A stretch of DNA of 63,445 nucleotides, filler included, from Chiloscyllium plagiosum (Eukaryota), in the NCBI RefSeq assembly GCF_004010195.1. It is 3 parts of one record of this genome, joined end to end, with 100 filler letters (N's around TTAATTAATTAA, not from the genome) between each part and the next. Parts side by side here need not be neighbours in the genome. Positions count along the whole stretch, not along the records: positions 1 to 30,038 come from NC_057710.1; 2 more parts are not named here. One strand, 5' to 3'. Below are positions 13,122-26,604 of this stretch, in pieces. A program made the translations under genes and the position numbers. The notes beneath the pieces were generated by a model. The model made no database searches. It saw nothing but the letters and a program-made list of their open reading frames with translations, and was not told where the DNA came from. How positions within the stretch are numbered: position 1 is the stretch's first letter; each line of letters opens with the position of its first letter.

Positions 13122-13224
13122 GTCAAAGTGGGTAGGAGAAAATTAGTCCTATTTGTGGACGGCTTGAGATTCAGAGGCACAGATTAAAGGTAATTGGCAA
13201 AAGAAACAATGTTAACACGAGGAA

Positions 13225-14135
13225 AAATTGTCCCACAAGAGTCTGTGTTAGGACCTCAATTACTTACTAACAACTTGGATAATGGCATAGAAAGTCATAG
13301 CTCCAAATTTGCCGATGACACAAAGTTAGGTGGTATTGTAGACAGTGCAAAATTACAAAGGGGTATTGATAGACTAAGTGAATGGACAAAACTGTGGCAG
13401 ATGGACTTCAATGTAAGCAAGTGTGAGGTTATCCATTTTGGACCGAGAAAGGATAGATCAAGGTACTTCCTAAATGGTATGTAGTTAAATATAGTGGATG
13501 TCCAAAGAAATATAAATGTTCAGGTGCATAGATCTTTAAAAAGTAATGAACAGGTGCAGAAAATAATCAATAGAGCCAATGGAATGCTGGCTTTAATGTC
13601 TAAAGGACTGGAGTAAAGGATGCTTGGAGTCTGTGAGCACATCTGGGCATCAGATATACTGGCCTTGGAGGTAATACAATGTAGGTTAAGTAGACCTATA
13701 TCTGGTCTTCAGTGGTTAAGTTATGAGAAGAAATTTTTAAAATTAGGCCTGTTTTCTCTAGAATTTAGAAGATTGAGTGATCTGATCAAAGTTTTTAAGA
13801 TATTAACAAGAAAAGACAGAGTAGATTAAGATAAACTATTTCCACTGGTTGGGGATTCTAGAACATACCCTGAGAGTCAAGGCCAGGCTGTACAGGAGCA
13901 CTTCTAGACACAAAGGGTGGTAGATGTTTGGAACTCTCTTCCACAAATGGCAGTGGATGGTGATCAGTTGTAAATTTTAAATCTGAGATAGAAATTTTTG
14001 TTAAGCAGAAATATTAAGAGATATGGGCCAAACACAGCTAAATGGAGATGGGCCATGTATCAGCTTTGAATGATCAATGAATGGTGGAACAGGCTTGTGG
14101 CATTAAATGGCTCATTCCTGTTACTATGTTCTTAT
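13225..14135 (+). mobile_element. CR1 LINE 3' part
   Basis: VPQESVLGPQL, SKFADDTKLGG, WQMDFNVSKCEVIHFG. Confidence 0.9.
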
Positions 14136-14276
14136 TTCTCACAGGGAGTAGTGAGGATCTGGAATGCACTGCCTGAGAATGTGGTGGACAGTTGAGGTTT
14201 TCAGAAGGGAATTGAATTATTATGGAAAAGACAAAGGAATGGCACAAGATGAATTGCTCCTTCAAATGAATTGTTC

Positions 14277-14520
14277 ATTTCCCACCTCAGGCGACTGTCT
14301 GTGTGAAGTTTGTACATTCTCCCTGTGTCTGCGTGGGTTTCCTCCCACAGTCCAAAAATGTGCAGGTTAGGTGAATCGGCCATGCTAAATTGCCTGTAGT
14401 GTTAGGTGAAGGGGTAAATGTAGGGGTCTGGGTCTGGGTGGATTGTGCTTCGACGGGTCGGTGTGGACTTGTTGGGCTGAAGGGCCTGTTTCCACACTGT
14501 AAGTAATTAACCTAATCTAA
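14277..14520 (+). mobile_element. HE1 SINE, 5'-truncated, inside a CR1 3' fragment
   Basis: V-domain (ttctccctgtgtctgcgtgggtttcc) and ctaatctaa tail. Confidence 0.88.
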
Positions 14521-14909
14521 GTTCAGGCCAGGGATGATGGGTCAAATTGCCTCCTTTCATGCTATAACTGTTCTAATATTCCTCTTACTTTTGAGGTGAT
14601 ATGATTTCTGCCCAGCTAAGGACTTCTTGAATGAAAGCAAAGATATAGGGCACCAACTAGCAAAATATTTCTGAGACCAAGTGTAAAGTTGTCTTATGTC
14701 TCACTGATTTCTCCCTCTACTGTGCCTTAACTCATCCCTGATATATCAAACTGAAATAATCTATTGGGAGGCAGACAATCCAGTCCATTTGTTCCAGTAT
14801 ATGATGGAAAAAGACGACACAGAAAAAGGTTATTCCATCATTATGTCTGTACTGAGCAATACTTCCACATTGCTGTGGTTCATCTATTGCATTGGATGGA
14901 GTAATTCAT

Positions 14910-15958
14910 ATGACATAGGAATAGAAGTCGGTCAATTGGTCTATCAAGTCTGCTCTGCTACTGAGCGAGATCGTGGCTGATCTAATAATCCTCAGCCTTA
15001 TCCCCATCATTCTTGATTCCCTTACTGATTAAAAATCATTCTATCTCAGTCTTGAACATATTTTATGACTCAACTTCAACAGCCCTCTGCAGTGAAGTAT
15101 TCCATAGATGCACCACCTCTGAGAGAACTTTTTTTCTCCCATCTATGTCTTGAATGGGAAAACTCCTACTCTGAAATTATGCCTCTAGTCCTAGAATCTC
15201 CCACAAGAGGAAAAAGACCTTCCACATAAGAATCTTAGCCTTAAGTATACGGAACAATCGACTCTGGATAGCCCTCTGTATTAAAGAATTCCATAGATTC
15301 ATGACCTGCTGAGAGAAAGAAGTTCCTCTTCATCTCTGTTGTAAATGATGACCAGCTGCTCTGAGATTATACCCTCTAGTTCTAGTATCTTCAACAAGGG
15401 GAAACAAACTCTCTGCATCTACCTTGTCACACACCCTATCAATTTTGAATATTTCAATAAGGTCTCCTCTCAATATTCTAAACTCCAATGAGTACAAGCC
15501 CAAACTACTTGACCTCTCCTCAAAGACATCCTTCCATACCTGGTATCAACCCAGTGAACTTTCTCTGGACTGCTGCCAATGTCAGTATATCTTTCCGAAC
15601 ATACCAACACCAAAAACTGTTTACAGTATTCCAGCTGTTGTCTGATTAGTATTTGAACAGTTTTAGCAAGACCTCGCTATTTTTATACTCCATTTGCATT
15701 GACATAAAGGCCAATTACTCACTGAACTTGGATGCTAGTTTTTTGTGATTCATGGATGATGGTTCCCAAAGCCCCCTGTGTTGCATCTTTCAACAGTCTT
15801 TCTCCATTTAAATAATATTCAGCTCCTCTATTCTTCTTGCCAAAATACATAACCTTTCCCCATGTTATATTCCACCTGCCATGTTTTTGTCCCCTCACTT
15901 AACCAAACCTATGTTCCTCTGCAGATTTGTTGTGTCATGCTCATCACTTGCCTTCCCT
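14910..15958 (-). mobile_element. Degenerate CR1 3' fragments
   Basis: gacataggaatagaag tail; gaattccatagattc..gagagaaag; cactgaacttggatgc..tgattcatg motifs. Confidence 0.75.
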
Positions 15959-15989
15959 GATGTAGAGTAACAGTAGAATACTGGTCTCA

Positions 15990-17738
15990 GGCTACAGTTT
16001 TGCAATGATCAGCTGGTAGGTTGGGCAAAGCAATGGTAGATGGTATTTAATCCTGATAAGTGCATTTTTCATAAAGTGTGGAGCTGGAAAAAGCACAGCA
16101 GGTCAGGCAGCATCAAAGGAGCAGGAGAGTCGATGGTCAGTCCTGACAAAGGCTCCTGACCTGAAGTGTTGACTCTCCTGCTCCTCTGATGCTGCTTGAC
16201 CTGCTGTGCTCTTTCCAGCCCCACACTTTATCGATGCTGACTTTTCAGCATCTGCAGTCCTCACTATCTCCGAGGTGATGTATTTTGTCAGGTCTGTTAA
16301 GGGAAGAGTATACGGAATGAATGGTAGGCCCCTAGGGAGCACTGACAATCAAAAGGTGTACAACTTTATAGACCCCTGAAGGTGTCAGCACGGGTGGACA
16401 GGGTGGTAGATGGGATCCTTATCTTCATTAGCCAGGGCATGGAATTTAGGAGCCAGGAATTCTTGTTACAGCTTTATAAAACATTGATCAGGCCTCAGTG
16501 TGCAGTTCTGCTTACCACACTATTGGACAGACCTAATTGTACTGGAGAGAGGTGATTCACCAGAATGATGCCTGCAATAGTAAGTCTCAGTTCGGAGGAG
16601 AGACTGGATAGGCTGTGTCTGTTTTCCATGGAGTACAAGAGGCTGAGTGGTGGTGAAGAGCAGAAGCTGATTGAAAATCTGCATCCACACTTCCCTGCTT
16701 ACCTCTGTCCAAGGCCCCAGAGGATCCTTCCACATCCATTAGAGATTTAACTGCACTTTCACACACGTCATCTACTGTATCTGTTGTTCCTGATGTGGTC
16801 TCCTCTACACTGGGGAGACAGGATGCCTACTTGTGGAACGCTTCAGAGAACATTTCCTGGACACATGCACGAAACAAACCCACCCCCCCATGGCCGAACA
16901 CTTTAACGCTTCCCTCCCACTCCCCCAAGGGTATGCAAGTCCTGGGCGTCCTCCATCGCCAAATCCTTACCACCCGACGCCTGGAGGATGAACGTCTCAT
17001 CTTCCTCGTTGTGACCCTCCAACCACACAGGATCAATGTGAATTTCACCAGTTTCCTCATTTCCCTTCTCCCCCACCTTATCCCAGATCCAAACTTTCAA
17101 CTCAGCACTACCCTCTTGACCTGTCCTACCTGCCCATCTTGCTTTCCACATATCTGCTCCACCCTCCTCTCCAATCTATCACCTTCACCCTGACCTTCAT
17201 CTACCTATTGCACTCTCAGCTACTTTCCCCCAGCCCCAACCCCTCCCATTTATCTCTCAGCTCCCTTGGGTCACCCTCTCATTCCTGATAAAGAGCTTCT
17301 GCTTGAAATGTTGATTTTCCTGCTCCTCAGAAGCTGCCTGACTGGCTGTGCTTTTCCAGCACCATACTCTTTGGCTCTGATTGAGGTATGCCAGGGCTAG
17401 ACAGAGTAGATTTTGAGAATCTCTTCCTCACGGCCAACATGTCTATGACCAGCAGGCATAGGTTTAAGGTGAGGAGCAAGTGGGTTAGAAGGGATCTGAG
17501 GAAATGATTTTTCTGGGTGGTAGAAATAGGGAATGTATCTGTTGTTCCTGAAAAAGTGTTGAGTCAGTTAATCTTGCAACATTGAAGAAGCATCTGGATG
17601 AGTACTTGAAATACCAGGGCATAATAGACTATGAGCCACATGCAAGTGAATGGGATTAGTGCAGTTCAGTGTTTGTTGTTTGGCAAAGACATGATGGGCC
17701 GAAGGGCATATTTATATTCTACATGACTCTATGACTAC
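15990..17738 (+). mobile_element. CR1 3' part carrying two PLE insertions
   Basis: EERLDRLCLFSMEYKRL; atgactctatgact tail; PLE palindrome at ~16070-16270. Confidence 0.8.
16680..17376 (+). mobile_element. PLE 3' end: GIY-YIG C-terminus plus terminal repeat with a decayed hammerhead
   Basis: HVIYCICCS.CGLLYTGETG..ERFREHF; MQVLGVLH..RRLEDERLIF..LQPHRINVNFTSF; cctgataaagagcttctgcttgaaatgtt at ~17284. Confidence 0.85.
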
Positions 17739-18069
17739 TAGATTGAGATACATAAGAGTACTGTCATCAGCATGTACCATAATGATGTAATGGTGTAATT
17801 ATGTAGAGGGAGGTGTAAGGCAGTAGAAACTCTAACAGGATCTTGAGAAAATGTGTGTGTAGACTAAACTGTAAATAATGAGCTCTGGAGGCAAGTACCA
17901 TGGACTCCAACTGCAGTCCTCTGGGAAACTTAAATAGACTAGATGTCATACACAGGGAGGAGCACAATAATATTGCTTGTAGTGTCAATCACTTCATGAT
18001 TTGTTCCATCTTAATCCCGCTGGATGTGCCTAGGGTGGAATATGTATCAGTTCATTCCCCTCTGACAGG

Positions 18070-19350
18070 GATCCTCGACGGGTATGCACCAGGGCCACAG
18101 GGAGTCTGTTCAGTGACCAGACAGAGTGACCCCTGACTGTGACACACGAAGGGGAACCGTTCTCTCCCTCATTGCCCTGTGCACGGGGATAGGTAACCTG
18201 AGACAGCGAGCATCGCTCCTTCTTTTATTTACCCTTTCTCTCAACACTTGGACTTGACAGTCGCTCTGACGAAACAGGCGAATGGTCTAACGCTGGTTTC
18301 GTTAGAGTGTAAACTCCTCCCTCGTTTCTCAGACAAACAAGCCCCTTCCAACCGCCATGGTCTCATGGATCATCTCTAGATTAGTCGTGTGAGTATTGCA
18401 GGATTTGCAATTTTTTTTCATCAGTGTGTACACACGTATGTTTTAGCGCTTATCTCTTCTCGCCCTGTAAATGTTAGATAGCGAGATTGCAATAATCCTT
18501 TTGGTTCTAAGAAACGTGCTGGCGAGGTAAACGCTCCTATTTGGAATACTGTAGCGCAGGCTGAAATATCCTCCCTCTGCCTGCACACCGTCAAAACAAG
18601 GGAGAGATCCTTTGTGTGATTTGGGAATGTGTCAGCCTGTGCAGTATTTTTCACCAGGGTGATTGGAAAACCAGGTTAACCTCAGCCTAAAATGAATTCT
18701 GCAAAGTAACTGTGCCTTGAATGGGAAGGTTTGACTTATCCCGGGGCTGTCAGCAGAGGACAAGTCGTCCTTAATTCAGCAGCTCTGAGATTTCTGGCTA
18801 GTCCTGGGGGAGGGAGGGGGGTTTATTTATTTTTTATTTTCTCTATCTCCGTGAGAGCCGGTGGGACTTGTTGGAGGCTGCGGGAGATGAAAGTGAAACC
18901 CCCTCAGATTCCTGGCTCGCCTGGGGACAGCGTGCGTGTTGCTGGGCCCAGGTCACTGTATGGTCTCCCTCGTTGCCTAAAACGGTTCGGTAAAGTGCCT
19001 GACAGCGATCGTGTTTCAGCGGAGTGGAGGATCGGGCGAGCCCGGAGCTGTTTACAGAGGGTGGGGGGTGGCTTGTTGAGGCTTGCATTTAGCTAGTGCC
19101 TACTGCACGAGGTCGGAGAAGGGCGCGGGGAGGAAGAGAAAGGAATCACACCTTTTTGTTATTTATCTGTTTTAAAAAGCGATTCTGTTGCCCCCGACAA
19201 CGAGACTGGGTGAGATCTACCCACTTCTAACCTCCACCAGTCAACACTGAATGCTGTGTGTGTGTCAAAGGGAGGTTTTAGGTCTTTTGTTCTCATTTTT
19301 GCAAACGAGCGATTCGCGAAACGCAGCCGGTGCAATAAATCGAGTTCGAT
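18070..19350. promoter_or_regulatory. CpG-island-like probable host promoter
   Basis: Dense CpGs in non-repeat sequence; RFX X-box-like gttgcctaaaac at 18972-18983; GC-box-like gggcgcgggg. Confidence 0.6.
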
Positions 19351-19824
19351 GCAGACAGTGAAAGTGATCTAATTGGAATGATTACTGAGGGATAGCTGAG
19401 CTGGCAAGCCTGGCTTTTTAAAAAAAAATATCACGTTTCATATTTCTGCCAAAGGGCAGCAACAATTTGGCATGAGGTATTGACAAAGGGAGCATTCGTT
19501 ATAAACACTTTCACTGAACAAACAGAATTACAGATTGCTGTGTCCAAAGCAATGAGGGGAAAAAAAATCCATTCCCCAATGACATAAAGAGTTGTTACCA
19601 AAGATCATTATTGACCTCTCAGATGATGTCTAATCACCACACCCCTCCTCAGTGTTTCTAACACTTTTTTTTAGTATTTCACATTCTCACAGCTATTATT
19701 TTGTACTATGAATAGAATCTGACATTCAAACAGGATAACTCTGCCATTTCAAGGAACATTACCATTTCTTAAAGCAAAAGCTTGTTGGCCTAATCCAAAT
19801 AAAGAACAGGTCATGCCACACACC

Positions 19825-20475
19825 CGCATTAGCCCAAATAAACCAGGTCCTTTCACAGGTCTACTCAAACAACCCAGTCCTTAACACAGCCTAAACACAC
19901 TAGGCCTTGACACAGCTTAAACACACCAAGTCCTGACACAGCCTAAACGCAGAAAGGCCTTGATATAAAGCCTAAGTATATCAGGCTTTGACACAGCCTA
20001 AATACATAAGGGCCTTGATGTAAAGCTGAAATGTACCAGGCCTTTCCACAGCTTATAAAAACCAGGTCCTGACATAGCTGAAACACACCGGGCCTTGATG
20101 TAAAGCTTAAATATACCAGGCCTTTCCACAGCTTAAAAACACCAGGTCCTGACATAGCTGAAACACACCAGGCCTTGATACAGCCTAAATACATAAAGGC
20201 CTTGATGTAAAGCTTAAATATACCAGACCTTTCCACAGCTTAAAAGCACCAGGTCCTGACGCAGCCTAAATGCATAAGGGCCTTGATATAAAGCCTAAAT
20301 ATACCATGCCTTTACACGGCTTAAACACATAGGACCCTGACGCAGCCTAAACCCACCAGGCCCTGACACAGCCTAAGTGCATAAGTGCCTTGATATAAAG
20401 CCTAAATATACCATGCCTTTACACGGCTTAAACACATAGGACCCTGACGCAGTCTAAACCCACCAGGCCCTGACA
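19825..20475. repeat. Minisatellite of 25-29 bp units with higher-order 3-4-unit periodicity
   Basis: Consensus approx ACACAGCCTAAACACACCAGGCCTTG, over 20 copies, with repeating variant triplets and quartets. Confidence 0.9.
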
Positions 20476-21193
20476 GAGACCCGCAGACACACACTGCAGG
20501 TTCTGATTCAGCATAAATAAACTAGGCCATTGCATATCAGATTTAGAGAAACTCTCCATATTGGGCGTTAATTTCAGTGTAGTCCTCAGCTCTAGCCACT
20601 CAATAATGTATGTTCATTACCCACAGACAGCATTTAAAAAGGAAGAGGAAAAATATTTGAGCAAAAAGTAAAATGTGTATGGGATTAATTACTGCAGCTG
20701 CCTCAGAGTGTACAGGCCCATTACTGAGATGATCTGAATGATTTTGCCTTGTGCAGACTGTTTATTGACAATTCTGCCAGTTGGTGAATTGCAGATCAGG
20801 GCAGAACGCTCAACAAACAAAGCAGCTGAAAGGCAAAAAGAAAGTTTATTTATAGAGTTTTTTTTAAAGAGTCCCCAGGAACTGCAGCAAAAAGTAAACT
20901 GATGACCTAAACTGCAGCAACTTTCCCCAATAAAAACAGAGTGATTTTGTTTTCATGTTGTAAAGCTTTATGGTTCTGCATTGTACACAATGCATATATG
21001 CCATGACTTACACCATTGAGTGTAGCTGTGTACGCACTTGGGAAGTGTTTGGAAGCAAACTGTAGCACGATATGAAATGAGTTTTTAAAAATGTGGGAGC
21101 AAATTTCACTTGCATGCTTTGTTCACTCAAAGGAAGGGTGTGAGATGGGAGAATGGGACATTCATTTGGTTTCAGTCACCAACTGATTTTTCC

Positions 21194-21208
21194 AGCACCA
21201 TCTGGCGA
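21194..21208 (-). promoter_or_regulatory. CTCF-like motif
   Basis: Minus strand TCGCCAGATGGTGCT resembles the CTCF core CCACCAGRKGGCRC. Confidence 0.35.
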
Positions 21209-22357
21209 TTTATGCTGATTCAGAGTTCATGCTGCCCTTGCAGTCCTTATTCACAGAGCCAATCCATCATCCAAAGAAAGGGCCCCATCCTGAATAAAAA
21301 TAAAAAGAACTATTCTTTTGGGTATATTCTGTCTCTAAAAACTAGAGGTGAGACTGGGATGGGGTATGCTGACAGTGTTTGGTGGGTGTGGGAATAGGGT
21401 TTTCTTTCAGTAAGGAAAGTCACAGCTAGACTAAGTTTATTGATTGTCTGTTGGTGACAGTAGACATGAATACCAAATACATTACAAGAGCTGGCCACAA
21501 TCTTGTGCGCGTGTGCATCCAGACAGCAGAGGAACAGGGTATTCAGATTAAAAATTATGGAGGACCTTTCACTATGACAATGCTGCTTTCTCACAAGGCT
21601 CTTGTTTTAATGTTCACTCACTCCACCCCAAGTCTAGTAAGAGTGCGCTAACGGTCACCTGGACATCGTAAACCAGTTATTCCATTCCCCATATCTCCCT
21701 CTCTCTGCAGTTAATAAAGGTATAGGGGAGGATCTGCACAGAGGGTCTGAACCCTTGAAATCTATCACTACTGGTGGGCTCCAGTAGCTGATCATCATAG
21801 TGTCCCAGTGTGTGTGTGACTATACTCACAGGATGAAAAACTGGAGGTTGTCAATAATCTGTCATCCAGGAGAACAGCCTTATCTGCACTGCCTTCAACT
21901 GCTGGTGAACTGTAGATTTATCCTGAGCATGATCAATCTTCATTCATCTGAAACCGCTAAACCACTGAACCTCAGAGTACTTTCCCTGACCCCACCCCAC
22001 TATCCTGTTAGGTCTTATCTCAATTCCATTTTCCTATCTTCGATCCATATCCTCAAGTAATTTTAGCTAAGAAAAAAGTCTCTTGCAAATTGAAATTATC
22101 AACTGTCCCAGCATCCAGTGGCTTTTGGCATAGAATACTATTGAATGAAAATGTGCTATCTGATTTCACTCCTGAAGATTAGTTCCCTTTTATTCTTGGT
22201 TCCCAGCCAAAAGCAAGGGTCTTTCGGTACCTATCTTATCAAATACTTTTAACATTTTAAGTACCTCCATCAAATCAAGCAATCTCTTGCACTGAAAGTA
22301 CCAGTCAGAGTGTTAATCTATGCAAACCTTTCTCCTAATTTAACCTTGTAAGCCCCA

Positions 22358-22570
22358 GAAGGTAAAGTTGCCATAGTCCGATAGGACTGCTCTCTCATTC
22401 GAGAGAGATGACTAATGGTGAATTTAACCTGAGGGTCACCACACCTCAGGCAAAGTTGAGAAGGTTGGGACTTCTTGGTAACCTCAGCTGGAACAGGAAT
22501 TAAACCCATTTGGTTGACGTCATTCTGCATCACAAACCAGCCATCCAGCCAACTAAACTAACTGACCCCC
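22358..22570 (-). mobile_element. tRNA-headed SINE (family C)
   Basis: Homologous to 44020-44192 (tggtgaccctcaggttaaa, gactatggcaacttta tail). Confidence 0.65.
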
Positions 22571-23119
22571 AGGCCCGAGTGTCACTATTGCAGCCTCGCG
22601 AAGGCAATTATATTTTCTCTCAGGTGCATTGTCTAAAGCTGAACACAAATAAGTCTGACCCAAGCAAAATGCAAATGAAGTAACATTTCCATCCTACTTT
22701 ATTCAAGACTCCTTGAGATTTAAGTGAATATTTCATTAGCCCTTTTGATTTTTTGTGTGGTTTGTCCAGTTGATATTAATGTTTTATACTCATTGACAAA
22801 TTGCTTTGCTACTTCACAGTTTCTAGATTCTCACCATTTGAAACAATATCCAATGCATCTTTCTTTAAAATAGAATTAGAATGGAAAGTAACTATTCAAA
22901 GACTTGGAGGGTGGGGATAAGGCAGTAATAGGCAGGTGAGATAAATTATTTTCTGGGTTTTATTTAATCCATTACAGGAAAAGGGTACAATTGTCTATCC
23001 CTCGTTATCCTTGAGAGGTTAATGGGAGCGACCTACTTGAATATAACTCAATAGCTTCCTGGATAATTTCAGAAGGAAGTTTTAAAAGTCAGCCACACTG
23101 CTGCAGGGTTAGACTCACA

Positions 23120-23658
23120 TCATAGAATCATAGAGTCATATAACACAGAAACAGACCCTTCAGTCCAACTTGTCCATGCCGACCAGATATCCTTAATTAA
23201 TCCAGTCCAATTTGCCAGCACTTGGCCCTTATCCCTCTAAACCCTTCCTATTCATACCCATCCAGATACCTTTTAAATGTTGTAATTGTACTGGTCTCCA
23301 CCACCACCTTCTCTGGCAGCTTATTTCATACATGCACAACTCTGCATGAAAAAGTTGCCCCTTAGGTCCCCTTTGTATCTCTCCCCTCTCACCTTGAACC
23401 TTTGCTCTCTTGTTTTGGACTCCCATACCCTGGGAAAACGACCTTGGCTATTCACCCTATCCATAGCCCTCATGATTTTATAACCTTATAAACCTCTGCA
23501 TCCAGTGGTCCAGGAAAAGTTGCCCCATTTATTCAGCCACTCCCTATCGCTCAAACCCTCCAACTCTATAAACATCCTGGTAATCTTTTCTGCACTTTTT
23601 CAAATTTAACAACCTCTTTCCTGTAGCAGAGAGACCAGAATTGAACTCAATATCCCAA
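23120..23658 (-). mobile_element. HER1/CR1 3' end
   Basis: catagaatcatagagtcat tail; aaaagttgccccttaggtc. Confidence 0.88.
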
Positions 23659-23771
23659 TACAGACCTGATCGGGTCAAAACTGTGGACATTTATTTCCGA
23701 ACAGCATTAGCCAATAGAATGTTTAATGGTAATCTGCTAGTTTCATAATCAGCATTATGTTCGTTTTTAAT

Positions 23772-24241
23772 TAGAACATAGAACATAGAACACAGAAAAA
23801 TACAGTGCAGTACAGGCCCTTTGGCCCTCGATGTTGTGCCGATCCAAGCCCACCTAACCTACACTAGCCCACTATCCGCCATATGCCTATCCAATGCCCG
23901 TTTAAATGCCCATAAAGAGGGAGAGTCCACCACTGCTACTGGCAAAGCATTCCATGAACACACGACTTGCTGAGTAAAGAATCTACCCCTAAAATCTGTC
24001 GTGCCTCAGCCTTTCCTCATACGGTCTTTCTACCATTCCAGGCAACATCCTGGTAAACCTCCTCTGCACCCGTTCCAGTGCCTCCACATCCTTCCTATAG
24101 TATGGCGACCAAAACTGCACACAATACTCCAGATGCGGCCGCACCAGAGTCTTATACAACTGCAACATGACCTCAGGGCTCTGGAACTCAATTCCTCTAC
24201 AAATAAAAGCCAGTACGCCATATGCCTTCTTCACCGCACTA
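23772..24241 (-). mobile_element. CR1 3' end with internal deletion
   Basis: (AGAACAT)n tail; ORF LYKTLVRPHLEYCVQFWSPYYRKDV. Confidence 0.9.
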
Positions 24242-24895
24242 TTCCTAAATTATTTAATTAATTTGAGTTAAATTTACCCAGCTGCTGTGGAGGGATTCTG
24301 AATTCACATTCCCAGGGTGTTAATTCAACAACATAAGCACTATTACACCCTGACATAACTCAAAGGGCTCAAAGATCTGAAGAAAAATAATGGTAAACAG
24401 GGAACTAACATTAAAACAAATCAGTCAGAAAACATTAGGCTAATTAAGCCAGGAATTTAGAATTATAAATAATACTTTTAAGGTAAGTAATATTTAATAT
24501 TTAACTGGAAAACATCATCTAACACATCACAGAATTTTTCATATAATCTCTCTTCTAGTACACTAAAATATAACCCAAAATATAAGTGTTACCCAAGTGC
24601 TTGTCTTTCTATCTTACTTCTTTCTTTCCTCCAATCCCATCTCTGCTACTGACCATCCGTAAACGCGAGTGATGGTCTAGTTAGATTCACATATGAATGA
24701 TAAGTAAAAGCTAATTAGTTAATGAAAAAGACTGTTTCTAATTCATCAAACGCAACCAACGATATCCTTTTATCGTCCACTAGAAAGTTTGAAGAGCTGA
24801 ACTCAAAATGAGCTATGAGAAAGGGAAGAGGTGGGAACTGCACACACTAGCTGGAAGGAGATTTTGAGGAAGCTGGGTCTGTATTCTCTGGAGTT

Positions 24896-25103
24896 TAGAT
24901 TAGAGTGGTGCTGGAAAAGCACAGCAGGTCAGGCAGCATCCAAGGAGCAGGAAAATCGACGTTTCGGGCAAAATCAGGATGAAGGGCTTTTGCCCGAAGT
25001 GTCGATTTTCCTGCTCCTCGGACGCTGCCTGACCTGCTGTGCTTTTCCAGCACTACTCTGATCTAAACTCTGGTTTCCAGCATCTACAGTCCTCACTTTT
25101 GCC
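24896..25103. mobile_element. Palindromic PLE terminal-repeat insertion, 17-bp TSD
   Basis: TSD ctgtattctctggagtt at 24879-24895 and 25104-25120; inverted arms plus a one-sided tail. Confidence 0.9.
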
Positions 25104-26301
25104 CTGTATTCTCTGGAGTTGGGTGGTATAGTGCTGCTCACTGTGCCAGGGACCTAGGTTCAATTCTACCCTCAGGTAACTGTGTGGAGTTTGTACATTC
25201 TCCACGTGTCTGCATGGATTTCCTTCAGGTGCTCTGGCTTCATCCCATAGTCCAAAGATGAACAGGCGGATTAACTATGGGAAATGCAAGGTATGGGGTC
25301 TGGGTGGAATGCTAATTGGAGGGTCAGTGTGGGCCAAATGGCCTGCTTCCACACTGCAGGGATTCTGTTTCGAAGAATAAGAGACAAAGTCATAGAAATT
25401 ATAACATCCTTAAAGAACAGGACAACGTAGATACAGAAGGATTGTCTCTGGCTACGGAGACAGGGACAATACCACAGTGCCACCATGGGATTATTGTCAC
25501 GAGATTATCAATCCAGAAACACAGTTCATGTTCTGGGGACCTCGGTTCAAATTCTGCAAATGCAGATGGTGTAATTTGAATTCGATAAAAAAGTCTGGAA
25601 TTAAGAATCTTCTGATAACTGTGAATTCATTGTCAGAAAAGAAATCCAGCTCACTGATGTCTTTTAGACTGAACAGCATAAGCAACATAGGATAGACAGA
25701 GTTAAACGATCCCACAATCAACTGATCAGATCTAAGCTTCGCAGTCCTGCCACATCCAGTTTTAAATGGGCGGAGACAATTAAACAACTCACAAGGAGGA
25801 AGCTCAACAAAATCCCCATTTTCAATGATGGAAGAGCCCAGAACATCAGTGCAAAAGGTAAGGCTGAAGGATTCGGAGCAATTTTCAGGCAGAATTGTCG
25901 AGTGGATGATCCATGTCAGCCTCCTCCAGAATTGCGGCATCACAGATGCCAGTCTTCAGCCAATTTGATTCACTCCCTGTCACATTAAAAAAAAAGTTGG
26001 ATACTGCAAAGGCTGTGGGTTCTGGCAATATTACTGAAGATGTGGCCTCTCAAACCTGCTGCGCCCTTATCCAAACTCTTCCAGTATAGACACAACATTG
26101 GTATCAATATGGAAAATTGCCCAGATTTGTCCTGCACATAAAAAGCAGCACAAATCCAACCCGGCCAATTACCACCCCACAATACTATTCTTGATCCTTA
26201 AACAAAATGATGGAAGGTGATACCAAGCAGCACCTGCTCAGCAATAGACTCCCCAGTGACACCCAGTTTCGGTTCCTGAGGGCCACTGAACTCCTGATCG
26301 T

Positions 26302-26604
26302 GGGCGGCACAGTGGCATAGTGGTTAGCACTGCTGCCTCACAGCGCCAGAGACCTGGGTTCAATTCTAGCCTCAGGCGACTGACTGTGTGGAGTTTGCAC
26401 ATTCTCCCCGTGTCTGCATGGGTTTCCTCTGGGTGCTCCGGTTTCCTCCCACATTCCAAAAATGTGCAGGTTAGGTGAATTGGTCATGCTAAATTGCCCG
26501 TAGCGTTAGGTGAAGGGGTAAACATAGGGGAATGGGTCTGGGTGGGTTGCGCTTTGGCGGGTCGGTGTGGACTTGAGCCGAAGGGCCTGTAAGTAATCTA
26601 ATCT
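26302..26604 (+). mobile_element. HE1 V-SINE
   Basis: tRNA-like head with A/B boxes, V-domain, taatctaatct tail. Confidence 0.93.

Noticed and set aside
18731..19096. ORFs in the CpG island as coding exons
   Set aside because: No recognisable motifs; open frames are expected in GC-rich DNA.
19825..20475. CRISPR-like array
   Set aside because: Units are directly adjacent variants with no unique spacers, and the context is eukaryotic.
24762..24770. U12-type donor ATATCCTTT
   Set aside because: No credible upstream exon or matching branch site/AC acceptor identified; plausibly chance.
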